Virus record (IMG/VR): IMGVR_UViG_3300035659_000003
Coordinates: 1-64,000 of that record
From: a virus
DNA: 64,000 nucleotides
Direction: 5' to 3' (one strand)
Under the pieces are notes generated by a model. The model ran no database searches, was not told where the DNA came from, and saw only the letters and a list, made by a program, of their open reading frames with translations. Shown piece after piece: positions 1-9,430 of this stretch. Each line of letters opens with the position of its first letter. Position 1 is the first letter of the stretch. The position numbers and the translations under genes are program-made.

Positions 1-88
1 GCCTTGCCGACAACCCGCGTTTTGTTACCGTACAGGCTCGTGGTGTAGACTAAGGGTAGCATGATTCCGCGCTTGTCCCAGCTCATCC

Positions 89-349
89 TTACATCTCCTC
101 GATGTCGGTGAGGCCCAGGCCTGCTAGCTCCGCAAGCATCGCGCTTGTCCGGCGCGCCCGTTCGTCATCCAGCTCAACGTGGACAACGCCGTGTGGTGTT
201 CCGCGCAGCACGAAATCGCAGGCGATGTAGAGCAGCACTCCGCCTAGCCCACCCGCCGTCATACGCACGGTCATCGGGTCGACGAACGCTAAAGAAGTGT
301 CGAAGGGCATACTCGCCATTGTGGTTGGCCCCATCAGCAGCAGGTTCAT
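89..349 (-). CDS. hypothetical protein (start trimmed to the ATG at 349)
   Basis: ATGA overlap with the stop of the upstream ORF at 346; GAGGA-like RBS. Confidence 0.5.
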   Translation of the reverse strand: MNLLLMGPTTMASMPFDTSLAFVDPMTVRMTAGGLGGVLLYIACDFVLRGTPHGVVHVELDDERARRTSAMLAELAGLGLTDIEEM

Positions 350-555
350 TCCTCGTCCTCCCATGTCCCGTCTTCCTCGGCGTGATCCATCACGGCGTGG
401 GGGCCGCAAACGGCGGCGTTCAGGTTGCAATCGTCGCAGACGTACTCGTGGCAGCCGTAGCAATAGTAGTCGTCGGGGTCTAGGCCCTTGTCCACGAACT
501 TCACCTCGCAGAAGAAGCAGTAGGCGTCGACGCCCTCGGGGTCGGCCTCATGCAT
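346..555 (-). CDS. small Cys-rich zinc-finger protein
   Basis: CxxC...CxxC-H-x3-CxxC...C..H pattern; overlaps the stop of the upstream ORF. Confidence 0.6.
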   Translation of the reverse strand: MHEADPEGVDAYCFFCEVKFVDKGLDPDDYYCYGCHEYVCDDCNLNAAVCGPHAVMDHAEEDGTWEDEE

Positions 556-736
556 GGGCGATCTCCTCGATGGTGACACGGACATAAGCGATGTCCTCGG
601 CGTCCCAGCCCATCTCCAGCAAGTCCTCTCGGCGCTCGCACACCGCGAAGTTGTAGTCGATCGAGCCGTCCTCGTTGATGGGCGTGTCCTCCACGTCCAT
701 CCGGATGACGTAGCCCTCAGCGCTTCTGTTTTCCAT
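548..736 (-). CDS. hypothetical acidic protein
   Basis: GAGGAGG RBS; directly downstream of the promoter-like element at 752-785. Confidence 0.6.
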   Translation of the reverse strand: MENRSAEGYVIRMDVEDTPINEDGSIDYNFAVCERREDLLEMGWDAEDIAYVRVTIEEIAHA

Positions 737-751
737 AAGTGCGCCTCCTCA

Positions 752-785
752 CTTACTATGACGATTCGGGCGGGGGTACGGTCAC
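752..785 (-). promoter_or_regulatory. ECF-type promoter-like element, class GTGACC-N16-CGTCATAGTAAG
   Basis: 28/34 identical to 61444-61477; both lie just upstream of an RBS; the -35 box overlaps the terL stop codon. Confidence 0.6.
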
Positions 786-2272
786 CGTAGGCGACGAGAG
801 AACATATCGTTTACATCGCCCAGGTCAACGAAGCTTGGGCCGGTGTCCGCCGCGTAGATGGCCAGGGAGTTGCTCCAGAAGCTGTCGCCGTGTCCGTCCT
901 CGCTCTCGTATGCGCTCAGGTCTTTCTTGACCGCGCATATCTGGCGCACCTGGCGGCTGTTCTCGGGGCCTAGCAAGATGAGCCCAGGCTCCCCAGGCTG
1001 GGAGTACACGCGCTTCTCGAACATAGTCGCCATTGTGACCTTGATGCCCTTTTTGAACTTCTTCCCTTGCGCGCGCTTGGACAAGGCACGGTCATCCAGC
1101 TCGGCGCGCGTGCTGTCGTAGAAGAACCTGGCGACGTCGAAGTGCTCGATGATCTGGTTCACGCGTATAGCCTGAGCCCTGAAGTCCATATGCGATAACC
1201 ATTCTTCGAAAATCTGCATCAGCGTGCCGTCCGGCATCATGGCGTGGATGGTGATATGGCTGGGGTGGACTTCCTTGCCCACGTCCATGCCGCCGTAGGT
1301 GGCGTAGCGCCCTCGGCCAGGCCAGGGCTCATCCGTCGTCCAGCGCTTGAGATTCTCGTCGACGATGTTATCAATGGCGAAGCGGGGGAAGTAGGCGTCC
1401 GCAGTAACCACAGGCTTGAGCAGGTATTCCACCTGGAACGCACGCGGCTTGACCTCGGCCAGTAGCTCCATCAGGCGGTTGTAATCGTACTTCTCCGGCC
1501 ACTGGGTCTCCTGCGTCACCTCGTTCTTGATCGCCGGATACCGCCGCCATTGCCAGCGCCTGTCCTTCTGCACGCTGTGGAGAACGTCGTTCTCGGCCTG
1601 CGGCGTCCCGACCAGGAGCAGGGATTGGTGCAGCTCCGGCATAGACATCACCACCTGGTGGAAGATGTTGTTGATGCGCACGACTTCCTCGGATTCCATA
1701 GGGTTCGCGAAGTCCGACAGGATGTCGTCGCAGACCACCGCCTTGGGGTGTCTGCCTCGTGACGCGCCAAGGATACCGGCAGGCTCCACGACGTAGTGCC
1801 ACGTCTCGTTCCCTGGTGGCCCCCACGATGCGGTGAAGTCTACCAGGCTGTCGCTCGTGGGCTTGTTGTCTACCCACCACCGGCAGTAGGGGTTGTTTAG
1901 GATGTAAGACTTGAGCGCGGTCGTGTGGTCGCGCGCTAGGTTATCCTTGTAGCTAAAGTAAACGGCGTCGAAGTCCTCCGTCTTCCGCATACCTAGCCAG
2001 AACAAGAACCCGCGCCCCAGGATGGTTGACTTTAGATGTCCGCGCGGGGCCAGGACGCATAGGCGGGAATATTGCTGCGCCGCCCCCGCCCACGCCTGGT
2101 GCATCGCCGAAAGGCGGAACGGGCTCCAGCGCTTGTTCGCCATGAAGTACTTCTCTTCGGCGAAGGACAGCGGATAGAACTTCAGGAGAAAGTGCCAGAA
2201 GAGCTTCGCTGAGCCGTTGATGACGACCTTCTCCTCGTCGGTCAGGGGATCGATCTCGGTGTCAATACTCAT
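782..2272 (-). CDS. terL: terminase large subunit
   Basis: Walker A APRGHLKST, Walker B VVCDD, GTP coupling motif, RNase H-like nuclease GMDVG...DGHGDSFWS. Confidence 0.92.
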   Translation of the reverse strand: MSIDTEIDPLTDEEKVVINGSAKLFWHFLLKFYPLSFAEEKYFMANKRWSPFRLSAMHQAWAGAAQQYSRLCVLAPRGHLKSTILGRGFLFWLGMRKTEDFDAVYFSYKDNLARDHTTALKSYILNNPYCRWWVDNKPTSDSLVDFTASWGPPGNETWHYVVEPAGILGASRGRHPKAVVCDDILSDFANPMESEEVVRINNIFHQVVMSMPELHQSLLLVGTPQAENDVLHSVQKDRRWQWRRYPAIKNEVTQETQWPEKYDYNRLMELLAEVKPRAFQVEYLLKPVVTADAYFPRFAIDNIVDENLKRWTTDEPWPGRGRYATYGGMDVGKEVHPSHITIHAMMPDGTLMQIFEEWLSHMDFRAQAIRVNQIIEHFDVARFFYDSTRAELDDRALSKRAQGKKFKKGIKVTMATMFEKRVYSQPGEPGLILLGPENSRQVRQICAVKKDLSAYESEDGHGDSFWSNSLAIYAADTGPSFVDLGDVNDMFSRRLR

Positions 2273-2312
2273 ACACTTGTTTGAAAGTGAAGGGCTTTCT
2301 ATCCGCCCCGCA

Positions 2313-2492
2313 TCACCACCCAGCCCGCTTGTACAGGATCGTTAGGCAGGTCTTGCAGGTGACGTCGGTCTTACGCATCGCGAAGCGCTCCCGTCGCTGC
2401 AGCCCTTCCAGGCCGCACACCGTACGGCACATCGTCCAGGGGACGCGTCGCCGCTTACCGCCGTTGCCAGCATCAGACCAGTGCTTCATCAT
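2313..2492 (-). CDS. 59-aa zinc-finger microprotein (below the ORF-track cutoff)
   Basis: My translation: MMKHWS...RTVCG...VTCKTCL; GAGG RBS; resembles 53092-53397. Confidence 0.5.
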   Translation of the reverse strand: MMKHWSDAGNGGKRRRVPWTMCRTVCGLEGLQRRERFAMRKTDVTCKTCLTILYKRAGW

Positions 2493-2698
2493 AGTGCCTC
2501 AATCGTAACGCGTACGGGGATGGTGTCGCCGGAGCGTCCGGTCAGGTGCCATTTCTTGGCCTGCGCCGTAGCGCCATCCACGTCACCCATGCCCGCCCAT
2601 AGAGCCATCGCTAGATCGCGCAGGGCGTCTTCCAGGGTGCTCTCGAATAAGCGCTCGGCGTCCTCGCGGGGCAGGTAAACGGTATCGGTCGTGATCAT
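2489..2698 (-). CDS. hypothetical protein
   Basis: Coupled start/stop overlaps with both neighbours. Confidence 0.5.
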   Translation of the reverse strand: MITTDTVYLPREDAERLFESTLEDALRDLAMALWAGMGDVDGATAQAKKWHLTGRSGDTIPVRVTIEAL

Positions 2699-2922
2699 CG
2701 GATCGGGTAATCGTCAGGATCGAACGTCGGCGGCTCATCGGGGCCGTTGTAGGGGCCGCAACCGCAGGTCACGCACTTGCCCTCCCGCACATGGGTAAAG
2801 GCCTTGAGCAGGGCAGCGGCCTGAAACGCCAGCTCCCGTGTTGGCGCGGTCTCCTCCAGGAGGCCCAGGGTGCTTAGGATCGCCCCCGCCCGCCACACGT
2901 TCATTTTCTGCCAGTCGGTCAT
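2695..2922 (-). CDS. hypothetical protein with CxxC
   Basis: ATGA overlaps on both sides. Confidence 0.5.
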   Translation of the reverse strand: MTDWQKMNVWRAGAILSTLGLLEETAPTRELAFQAAALLKAFTHVREGKCVTCGCGPYNGPDEPPTFDPDDYPIR

Positions 2923-3128
2923 CCCAGCTCCTCTGCCCGCTTGTCTAGGGCGCTGAATCCGTTGACGATCTCAATCCCTGTCGGTTCGCCGTCCATAAAG
3001 TCGATCACCACGTCAATACCCTTGGTGCCGAGCTTCAGGTAGCACCCTTCAGGATGGTCGCCGCATGCCTCCACGAACTCCACACCGTAGCTAGAGCCGT
3101 AGCGAGTCTTCTTCTTGAACGGCCACAT
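2919..3128 (-). CDS. hypothetical protein (weak DUF2283-like C-terminus)
   Basis: YLKL...VVIDFMDGEPTGIEI pattern. Confidence 0.45.
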   Translation of the reverse strand: MWPFKKKTRYGSSYGVEFVEACGDHPEGCYLKLGTKGIDVVIDFMDGEPTGIEIVNGFSALDKRAEELG

Positions 3129-3132
3129 CGTC

Positions 3133-3564
3133 TTAGAACAAGCGCAGGGGCAGATAGCCCACGAACGTGTTCAGCTCGACGCGGAGGAAGGGGAGCGGGA
3201 TACGCCCGAAGACACGGGTGAGCCCTGCGCCGAACGATCCATGCAGCTCGAACACAGGCAGGTAGACGGTCACCTCGGTCGAAATGACGCGGCGTATATC
3301 AAAGCCGATCGTGCGCACGCTATGGTCATGCTGGTAGGAGAACGGCCCGAAGGCCCGATGGGTGTAGCGGTAGTCGTCGTCAACCTCGTCATAAGGCACG
3401 TCGGAGAGCAGGGTCTCCTCCTCATATTCGGGGTCGTAGGTCTTGCGGTCGCCCGTGTCAGATACATAGCCCTCGGGGTAAGGTACTGCAGGCACATCGC
3501 TAGGTGGATAGCCGTTGGGATAGCTCGACGGGCCATCGTCCCCGATGTAGTCTCGCTCGTCCAT
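3133..3564 (-). CDS. beta-rich hypothetical protein, paralogue family
   Basis: GGAGG RBS; middle resembles 3638-3922, C-terminus near-identical to 3965-4288. Confidence 0.65.
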   Translation of the reverse strand: MDERDYIGDDGPSSYPNGYPPSDVPAVPYPEGYVSDTGDRKTYDPEYEEETLLSDVPYDEVDDDYRYTHRAFGPFSYQHDHSVRTIGFDIRRVISTEVTVYLPVFELHGSFGAGLTRVFGRIPLPFLRVELNTFVGYLPLRLF

Positions 3565-3637
3565 AGTAGGTTTCCTCCACTCCTCTGTATGATACCCCCC
3601 GCATTTGGGCAGGGCGTCAGTGTGGGCGCGCGCCGGT

Positions 3638-3922
3638 CTAGTTCTTGCCCAGGGATGCAGTTACGGTCAGCGTGAACGCGTCAACCGAAACGCGCAGCCA
3701 CGGGTAGGGCAGGCTAAGCTTGTAGCCGACGGTCACAGGGACGGTGATCTTCTCAACGTCGCCGGTCACGTTCAGCCCAAGGGCGCAGCCTGGCGTATAG
3801 GTCGACACCTGCAGGGTGAGGATGTTGGGGATGCGGATTCCAAGCGTCCGCGCATCGGCGTGGCGGCTGTAGGTGAACGGGCCGAATTCCTTAATGCTAC
3901 AATAAGTAACGTCGTCGCTCAT
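3638..3922 (-). CDS. beta-rich hypothetical protein, paralogue family
   Basis: AAGGAG RBS; FGPFTYSRHADARTLG versus FGPFSYQHDHSVRTIG. Confidence 0.65.
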   Translation of the reverse strand: MSDDVTYCSIKEFGPFTYSRHADARTLGIRIPNILTLQVSTYTPGCALGLNVTGDVEKITVPVTVGYKLSLPYPWLRVSVDAFTLTVTASLGKN

Positions 3923-3964
3923 GGTATTTCTCCTTTTCTAGAACAGTGATAGGTCGCTGCCGGA

Positions 3965-4288
3965 TTAGAACAAGCGCAGGGTCAGATAGCCCACGAACGT
4001 GTTCAGCTCGACGCGGAGGAAGGGGACGGGGAGGAACCGGAACTTGTCCGGCCCGATCAGCCGGATACCGCCGCCCAGCTCGACGTCAGCCACGTCCGCG
4101 CCGGACACATCCTCAAGGGAGGGCTTGTTGAAGTAGAGGGTGATGCTGACCGGCCCCAGGTGCAGGGTGGTCTCGACGTCGGGGAGGTCGCTCGTCTCGA
4201 CGTCGACCACGGTGTAGCCCAGGACGCCGACATCGTACCTGGTGTAGTAGTCGCAGTGGCGAGTCTTCTCGATCGCGAACAGCTTCAT
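3965..4288 (-). CDS. beta-rich hypothetical protein, paralogue family
   Basis: AAGGAG RBS; shares the C-terminal repeat. Confidence 0.65.
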   Translation of the reverse strand: MKLFAIEKTRHCDYYTRYDVGVLGYTVVDVETSDLPDVETTLHLGPVSITLYFNKPSLEDVSGADVADVELGGGIRLIGPDKFRFLPVPFLRVELNTFVGYLTLRLF

Positions 4289-4383
4289 AGGTGTCTCCTT
4301 CCCTCAGACCCGATTCTCCGGCCACACGGCGCAAATCCTGTGCCCTGCGTGCCGGAATCGGTATCCGTCTGCCTTCTCCGCTC

Positions 4384-4404
4384 AAAACGGGCTGTCAGGC
4401 CCGC
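4384..4404 (-). terminator. probable intrinsic terminator
   Basis: GCGGGC-CTGACA-GCCCGT hairpin followed by TTT, right after the stop at 4405. Confidence 0.5.
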
Positions 4405-4764
4405 TCACTTCATTCCCTTTTCGATCGGCTGTGGCCTGCCTGGTGGCGGGGCCAGAGGGAACCGATCCTGTGGTAGCTCTTCCTTTGGAACGCTAGCGCA
4501 GATGTCCCCGCAATCTCCATCGCAGGAACCTGCCTCGCCGCAACCGCGTTCATAGCATGTGGTGCAGTTAGTGCTGCCCAAGGGCCGTTGTAGGGGAACG
4601 GGCTCAAACGTATGATCGAACGCGTATTCACACTCATAGCATTTGCACTCGTACGAGCACGTCAGCCGACCGAAGGGGTCGTCGTGCGCGATGCCTATCT
4701 CATACCATTCGCGCAGCGCGCACTCGCCGCAATTCGGGCAGGTGGCGATGTTGCCAAAGCTCAT
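4405..4764 (-). CDS. Cys-rich zinc-ribbon protein
   Basis: CPNCG...CYEC plus a second Cys cluster. Confidence 0.6.
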   Translation of the reverse strand: MSFGNIATCPNCGECALREWYEIGIAHDDPFGRLTCSYECKCYECEYAFDHTFEPVPLQRPLGSTNCTTCYERGCGEAGSCDGDCGDICASVPKEELPQDRFPLAPPPGRPQPIEKGMK

Positions 4765-5279
4765 CTTCCACCCAGACGATCCATCCGCTCTGCCCGTTTC
4801 GGCGCGGTCTTGGGGCGAATGTGAACGCCCGCGTTCTCAATCTGCTCCGGTGACCAGTAAAAGTAGTCAGGCGCGGTCTCCTGCTTTTCGTAGTCAGGCT
4901 TTGCCGCCGTGGTGGGGGTCTGCGGGCAGGGTGGCGGACAGGTGCTCGTGCTCGGCACGTTTACCCAGGTCTTGCACACCCCACAGAGGAACTGGCCTGG
5001 GCCGCCGCTCTTGGCCATGATCGACGGGTGGGTACAGAACTTCGGATCGTCCAGCAGCGCGCCGTTCTGCCAGCGCCGCGTGAAGCGCGCCCCGCACACG
5101 TCGCAGCGGTAATAATGGGTTTCGACGTTGGGGTCGTGGGTCTCGATGACCCTACCTCGGTTGTCCACGCGGGTGTAGGCACCGCCCATAAGCGTCATGC
5201 TGATGCCCTCCGCCTTGAACGTGTCGCTGTGCCCGTTCGGGCAAACCAGCAGCAGGGGCTCGTGTCTATAACCGCTCAC
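4761..5279 (-). CDS. zinc-ribbon protein
   Basis: CPNGH...CDVCG, CxH...CGVC; GTG start overlaps the upstream stop. Confidence 0.55.
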   Translation of the reverse strand: MSGYRHEPLLLVCPNGHSDTFKAEGISMTLMGGAYTRVDNRGRVIETHDPNVETHYYRCDVCGARFTRRWQNGALLDDPKFCTHPSIMAKSGGPGQFLCGVCKTWVNVPSTSTCPPPCPQTPTTAAKPDYEKQETAPDYFYWSPEQIENAGVHIRPKTAPKRAERMDRLGGR

Positions 5280-5500
5280 ATTTCCTCCCCGCCGATGATG
5301 CCTGCCTCGTGCTGGCAAGGCTCCTCATCCAGGTTCTGGAACAAGGTAGCGATGATGGCGTAGCACGTCCGGCAAACGATGTCGCCCGCCGCCCAGCGCC
5401 CAGGGGTCGTGGGGGTGATGCAAGGAGTAGGCTCCTCGATGGTCGCCTCCGTCACCTTGTCGCAATTCGGGCAGTAAGCGTAGGTGTTCAGGCTTGGCAT
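5276..5500 (-). CDS. zinc-ribbon microprotein
   Basis: CPNC...CRTC; GAGGAG RBS. Confidence 0.6.
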   Translation of the reverse strand: MPSLNTYAYCPNCDKVTEATIEEPTPCITPTTPGRWAAGDIVCRTCYAIIATLFQNLDEEPCQHEAGIIGGEEM

Positions 5501-5518
5501 AATTGCTCCTCTCCCAGA

Positions 5519-5815
5519 TTATGCTGGCGGCTGCCTCTCGTCCGTGTACGGGTAGCGGCAATTCAGGCCGCAAGGCTGTGCCGGTGGGCCGTCGCATGTG
5601 CATATGCCCAGGCCGACGCCGCTCGCACACTCGCCCTGGGTGACGGCGGGGTAGACGGCCAGGGCCGCCTGAATCGTCTCCAGGCTCTCCTCCCAGATGG
5701 CGCGCATACAGCAGATGCACTTAGGCCCGCCCTGGTGCCCAGGTGCCCATTCCCAGGCGATGCCTGGCGTCGGGTGGCCGCAGATGCATCGCACGGACTC
5801 AGCCGTCAGGCTCAA
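5519..5815 (-). CDS. Cys-rich hypothetical protein
   Basis: CICGH...CICC; coupled to the upstream ORF. Confidence 0.5.
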   Translation of the reverse strand: MSLTAESVRCICGHPTPGIAWEWAPGHQGGPKCICCMRAIWEESLETIQAALAVYPAVTQGECASGVGLGICTCDGPPAQPCGLNCRYPYTDERQPPA

Positions 5816-6063
5816 AGCTCTACCTCCACGCCCGCGACGATGATGGTGTTGCGCCCAGGTCGGCCCTCATCCCCATCGTGCATCCAGGGCGGCCCCTCGG
5901 AGAGATACTCTTGCGTCGTGCGTGTAGCGAGGCACTCCGTGCCTTCGCCGTCCGTGGGGCAGAAGCCAGGTAGCCAGTAGGGGTTACAGGCCTCGCTATC
6001 GGGGTCTTCGCACTCGCAGCCCCCGCAATGGGGCGGGCAAGTATAGCTATCGTGCTTCATCAC
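5812..6063 (-). CDS. Cys-rich hypothetical protein
   Basis: GGAGG RBS; GTGA overlap. Confidence 0.5.
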   Translation of the reverse strand: MMKHDSYTCPPHCGGCECEDPDSEACNPYWLPGFCPTDGEGTECLATRTTQEYLSEGPPWMHDGDEGRPGRNTIIVAGVEVEL

Positions 6064-6860
6064 TCAGCCTCCTCCAGGTTCGCGTCAAGCGGCTTCGGTT
6101 CCGGCAGGATTGCGCCGACCTCCGCCGCCTCCTTGATCAGCATGTTGTAGGTCTCGCGCATCTCGCGGTCGACCTCCTCCATCTCCTTGCGGAGCAGCTC
6201 AACGTTACTGATAGTATACAACGTCGGGCCGACCGCTTGGCCGCCTTCTGCGGTCTGTTCGCCGCCTGTTCCTGGCATTTGCACGCGCATATCAGCGTGC
6301 AGCCGCGTGCGCTCAACCAGCATCCTGAACAGCTTCCCTACGGCGTTCTGCGCCGCGTTGAGGATGTGAATCTTGTCGTCTATGCTCGCCGCCGGAAGGA
6401 TCACGTACTCCTCGTGCCCGTGCGCGTTGGTGATCTTCAGCGGTACGCCGTCCGGCCCGTTGATGATCTCCGGTCGCTCCCGCAGGTCGCGCATCTTTTC
6501 CATAACCATGCCGACAAGCTGAGCCTGCTGCGTCGCCGCCGCGTCGAGCTGAGCATCCCAGTCCACGAAGTTGTCCAGGATGTGCTGCACCATATCCGCC
6601 AGCCAAGGGAAGACCCGCATCGGTAGGTGCGCAGGCTTGTAGCGCTTCAGGCCAACCTGAATCTGGAACACCGTCAACGGGAAGCCCATCTTCTCGGCGT
6701 GCACCGAGACCTGCGGGAAGGTGTAGACGCCGGTGGCCAGCCGATCCTGGATGTCCTGCCATAGTGGATGTCCTGGGTTAAACTCTGGCCGCCGCCCGTG
6801 GATCGGGTCGTTGGGATAACGCTTCCCTGGTTTCCTCTGGTGTGATCGCTTCCTGCTCAT
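6060..6860 (-). CDS. hypothetical protein, possible terminase small subunit
   Basis: Basic N-terminus, HTH-like segment and helical/coiled-coil body; function is inference only. Confidence 0.35.
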   Translation of the reverse strand: MSRKRSHQRKPGKRYPNDPIHGRRPEFNPGHPLWQDIQDRLATGVYTFPQVSVHAEKMGFPLTVFQIQVGLKRYKPAHLPMRVFPWLADMVQHILDNFVDWDAQLDAAATQQAQLVGMVMEKMRDLRERPEIINGPDGVPLKITNAHGHEEYVILPAASIDDKIHILNAAQNAVGKLFRMLVERTRLHADMRVQMPGTGGEQTAEGGQAVGPTLYTISNVELLRKEMEEVDREMRETYNMLIKEAAEVGAILPEPKPLDANLEEAE

Positions 6861-6869
6861 CTCATTAAC

Positions 6870-6878
6870 AGCTTAGCA
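6870..6878 (-). promoter_or_regulatory. extended -10 promoter TGcTAAGCT, near-leaderless transcript
   Basis: TG-N-TAAGCT ends 9 nt before the ATG at 6860; no SD present. Confidence 0.45.
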
Positions 6879-7701
6879 CACGCGCTGGCAATGCCGAAGG
6901 GGAGTGAATATTTGAGATTTTCTAGGATTGCCACAGGGCTCCTAGCCGTTGTCCCTTGTCAGGGTCTGCAGCAGCATGGCTGCCGTAGCCGTCTCCGCCA
7001 TCTTCACCAGGAGGATGTCTATAGCTGCTGATATGGCTAGGGCCATGTCAACGCACTCATCGCTAGTAACGGTGTGCTCTTGGAGAAAGTCGATGTCGAA
7101 GGGATTTCTCATCTCTTGGTATGCGCGCGAAGCCTCGCGGAGGAGGCTCTCCATGCGGTCGGTCATTGGGCTTTCTCCTCGCCGCTGCTCTCGCTGTGGT
7201 AGTAGACGCCGTAGACCTCGTTCTTCTCTCGGAGCCCACAGGCGTGGTGGAGGGAGAGGATGCCGAAGCGTCCGGCATTCAGCCATCTCCACAGGCGCTT
7301 GCCGAGGATGAAGCTTGCGATCCGAACGCGCAGCCAGTCGATTGGGGTTAGACGCTTCATGGACAGGCTCCTCCTCTCGGCCCCCGCCCGCTCCAGGGCC
7401 AGCGCCAATCTCCGGTGAGGGCGCAGGCGAAGAACCAGGCGACGGCTAGCCAGTAGATAACGGCTACAGTGATCTCAAGCGCTAGGGGCATTCTCTTTTC
7501 TCCGCGCCGGTCAGGGCTTCGTAAAACCGCGCCATCTCGTCCATGGAGTTGGCCATCGCCAGGGTTGCCTTGGCTACCTCACCCGACGCCCACACCATGG
7601 CATCCAGGGCAGCCATTGCCTTTTCCCAGCACTCACAGCGCCGCTCGTAACAGCGGCCCATCTCGCACCAGGAGGTGGCGGGGTCAAACCAGCGCCAGTG
7701 G

Positions 7702-8034
7702 CTAGCGATCCAGCGGAGCATCTGCTTCTTTCTCCATAGTGCGCTTTTCCTCTGCCGCCGCTACCTCGCCCCATAGCTCGTGCCACTGTTGAAAGGCCTC
7801 GACGCCGCGCGTCGGGACGGGGACGTTCTTCCGCAGCAGCCGTGTTCGGTAGGTGTGCTCAGTCAGGCCGCCCAGGTCGTCGGCGTAGCGCTGCCAGAAT
7901 GCATACTTCGCCTTGCCCCGCGTCTCGGCAAGCATAATGTCGATGACGCGCTCCATGCCGTAGATCGCGCCTAGCTCGCCCAGGTACTCCTGGCAAACGT
8001 AGACCTCACCGGCGTCAACGAGGTAGGCGTTCAT
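7702..8034 (-). CDS. hypothetical protein
   Basis: AAGGAG RBS before MNAYLVD. Confidence 0.55.
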   Translation of the reverse strand: MNAYLVDAGEVYVCQEYLGELGAIYGMERVIDIMLAETRGKAKYAFWQRYADDLGGLTEHTYRTRLLRKNVPVPTRGVEAFQQWHELWGEVAAAEEKRTMEKEADAPLDR

Positions 8035-8195
8035 TCCGTCTCCTTTGCTTGTCGTCTTGCCGCCGCTCGCGCCGCCCACGTGGTGTCCGTGCCAGGCGCT
8101 CGTCGTCGTCTTCCTCGAGCTTGTCCTTACGCATCCGATGCTTGCGCCCGCGCGGGATAGAGTAGAGAGGGATCAAGGTGTAAAAGGCCATAATA

Positions 8196-8453
8196 TCACC
8201 CCCTTTCCTCTAGGGAGTGAACTACGTACCATATCGTCTGATTGCACCAGGGGCAGCCGTTGAATAGGCCTTCTTGCCAGGACGCCCCGCACTTGCACTC
8301 TAAGATAGAGGGGCCGATCTGCTCCATACAGACAAGGCAGAACACGGTTGTATCCGTGCCCCAATCGCAGCCTAGCGTGTAGGCGTGCGCAGTAGCGTCG
8401 TCGTGATCGACGTCGTGGTTGCACTCCGACTCGTCGCCCAGGAACTTAGGCAT
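8196..8453 (-). CDS. Cys-rich zinc-binding protein
   Basis: CLVC, CKCG and CPWC motifs. Confidence 0.55.
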   Translation of the reverse strand: MPKFLGDESECNHDVDHDDATAHAYTLGCDWGTDTTVFCLVCMEQIGPSILECKCGASWQEGLFNGCPWCNQTIWYVVHSLEERG

Positions 8454-8540
8454 CGGGGTTTACCACTCGCCAGATCTCGGCCATCGCCATAAACATCGCC
8501 CAGAGAGAGCAGACGCTCAGGGCCTGGAAGAACAGGTCTG

Positions 8541-8822
8541 TCACGAGGCTCGCCTCGCCCTGTGGCCCTGCCACGCCCGTTCCCCAGCTACCCCAGCCCA
8601 CAGCAGGCCGCCGCAGACGGTGGAGGCGAAGCCGAACACTAGGCCCTGCGAGAGCAAGGCCAGGCCGATGACACCCAGGGCCAACGCCAACACCACGCTC
8701 GTACCGTAGGGCACGTCCTGGTGCTTGAGCCCGTGGCGCAGGGTGGGGATCACCCCGATGCTACACGCGATGTTCCCCAGGCCTACGATCAAGTCTGCCC
8801 AGGGAGAAATGAAGTCAAGCAT
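8541..8822 (-). CDS. small 3-TM membrane protein (PQ-loop/SemiSWEET-like layout)
   Basis: Three hydrophobic segments with IPT after TM1; family assignment tentative. Confidence 0.4.
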   Translation of the reverse strand: MLDFISPWADLIVGLGNIACSIGVIPTLRHGLKHQDVPYGTSVVLALALGVIGLALLSQGLVFGFASTVCGGLLWAGVAGERAWQGHRARRAS

Positions 8823-9430
8823 CTGCGTTCAGCTCCTCGTCCGTCCTGATCTCGGCTACCGCGCGGATCGTCCCGCGCAGCTTGAACGGGTAGAAGATCA
8901 ACCGAGCAGGGACGTTCAGGGTGCACTTTTGCCGGATCATATCCAGCACTTTGGGGTACACGTAGCCCTCCACGATGAGAGGGGTTCTAGCATGGTTCGT
9001 CATCCTCCACCTCCACCATAACGCGCGCGGCGACGATGTCGTCGCCTGGCTCGTCCGCCTCAAGGGTCTCCTCGGCGGCCTCACGGGTAGGGAAGATGAT
9101 GATCTCGATGTAGCCCTCGTCGTCCAGGTCAAGGTCACCCTTGAAGACGAATCCGGTGTAGACTTTGCACATCGCTAAGAGTTCCTTTCTCGCTGCCGCA
9201 ACGCGGGCGGCACCCACTTGTAGCCTTCGACAGCCTCTATGTACGCCAGGATCGCCTGGGTAACCGAGAACGGCGGGCACAGGCACTCGCCTACGACATC
9301 CGCCAGCTCATCTACTGTCTGCGGACGCCCTTGCCCCCAAGCCGCCGCACGATCGCGAATACACTGAGCGGCTTCGGGGCCTATTATGATCTCGTCGCTA
9401 ACTGGCCCCAGGAGCAAGATAAGACGCCTC

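Larger units (their letters stand above)
3133..4026. repeat. 62-bp direct repeat (3133-3194 and 3965-4026)
   Basis: 61/62 identical; encodes PFLRVELNTFVGYL(P/T)LRLF-stop in both genes. Confidence 0.9.

Noticed and set aside
3133-4026. 62-bp repeat as a DGR template/variable pair
   Set aside because: Only one mismatch, both copies are coding, and no reverse transcriptase is in the window
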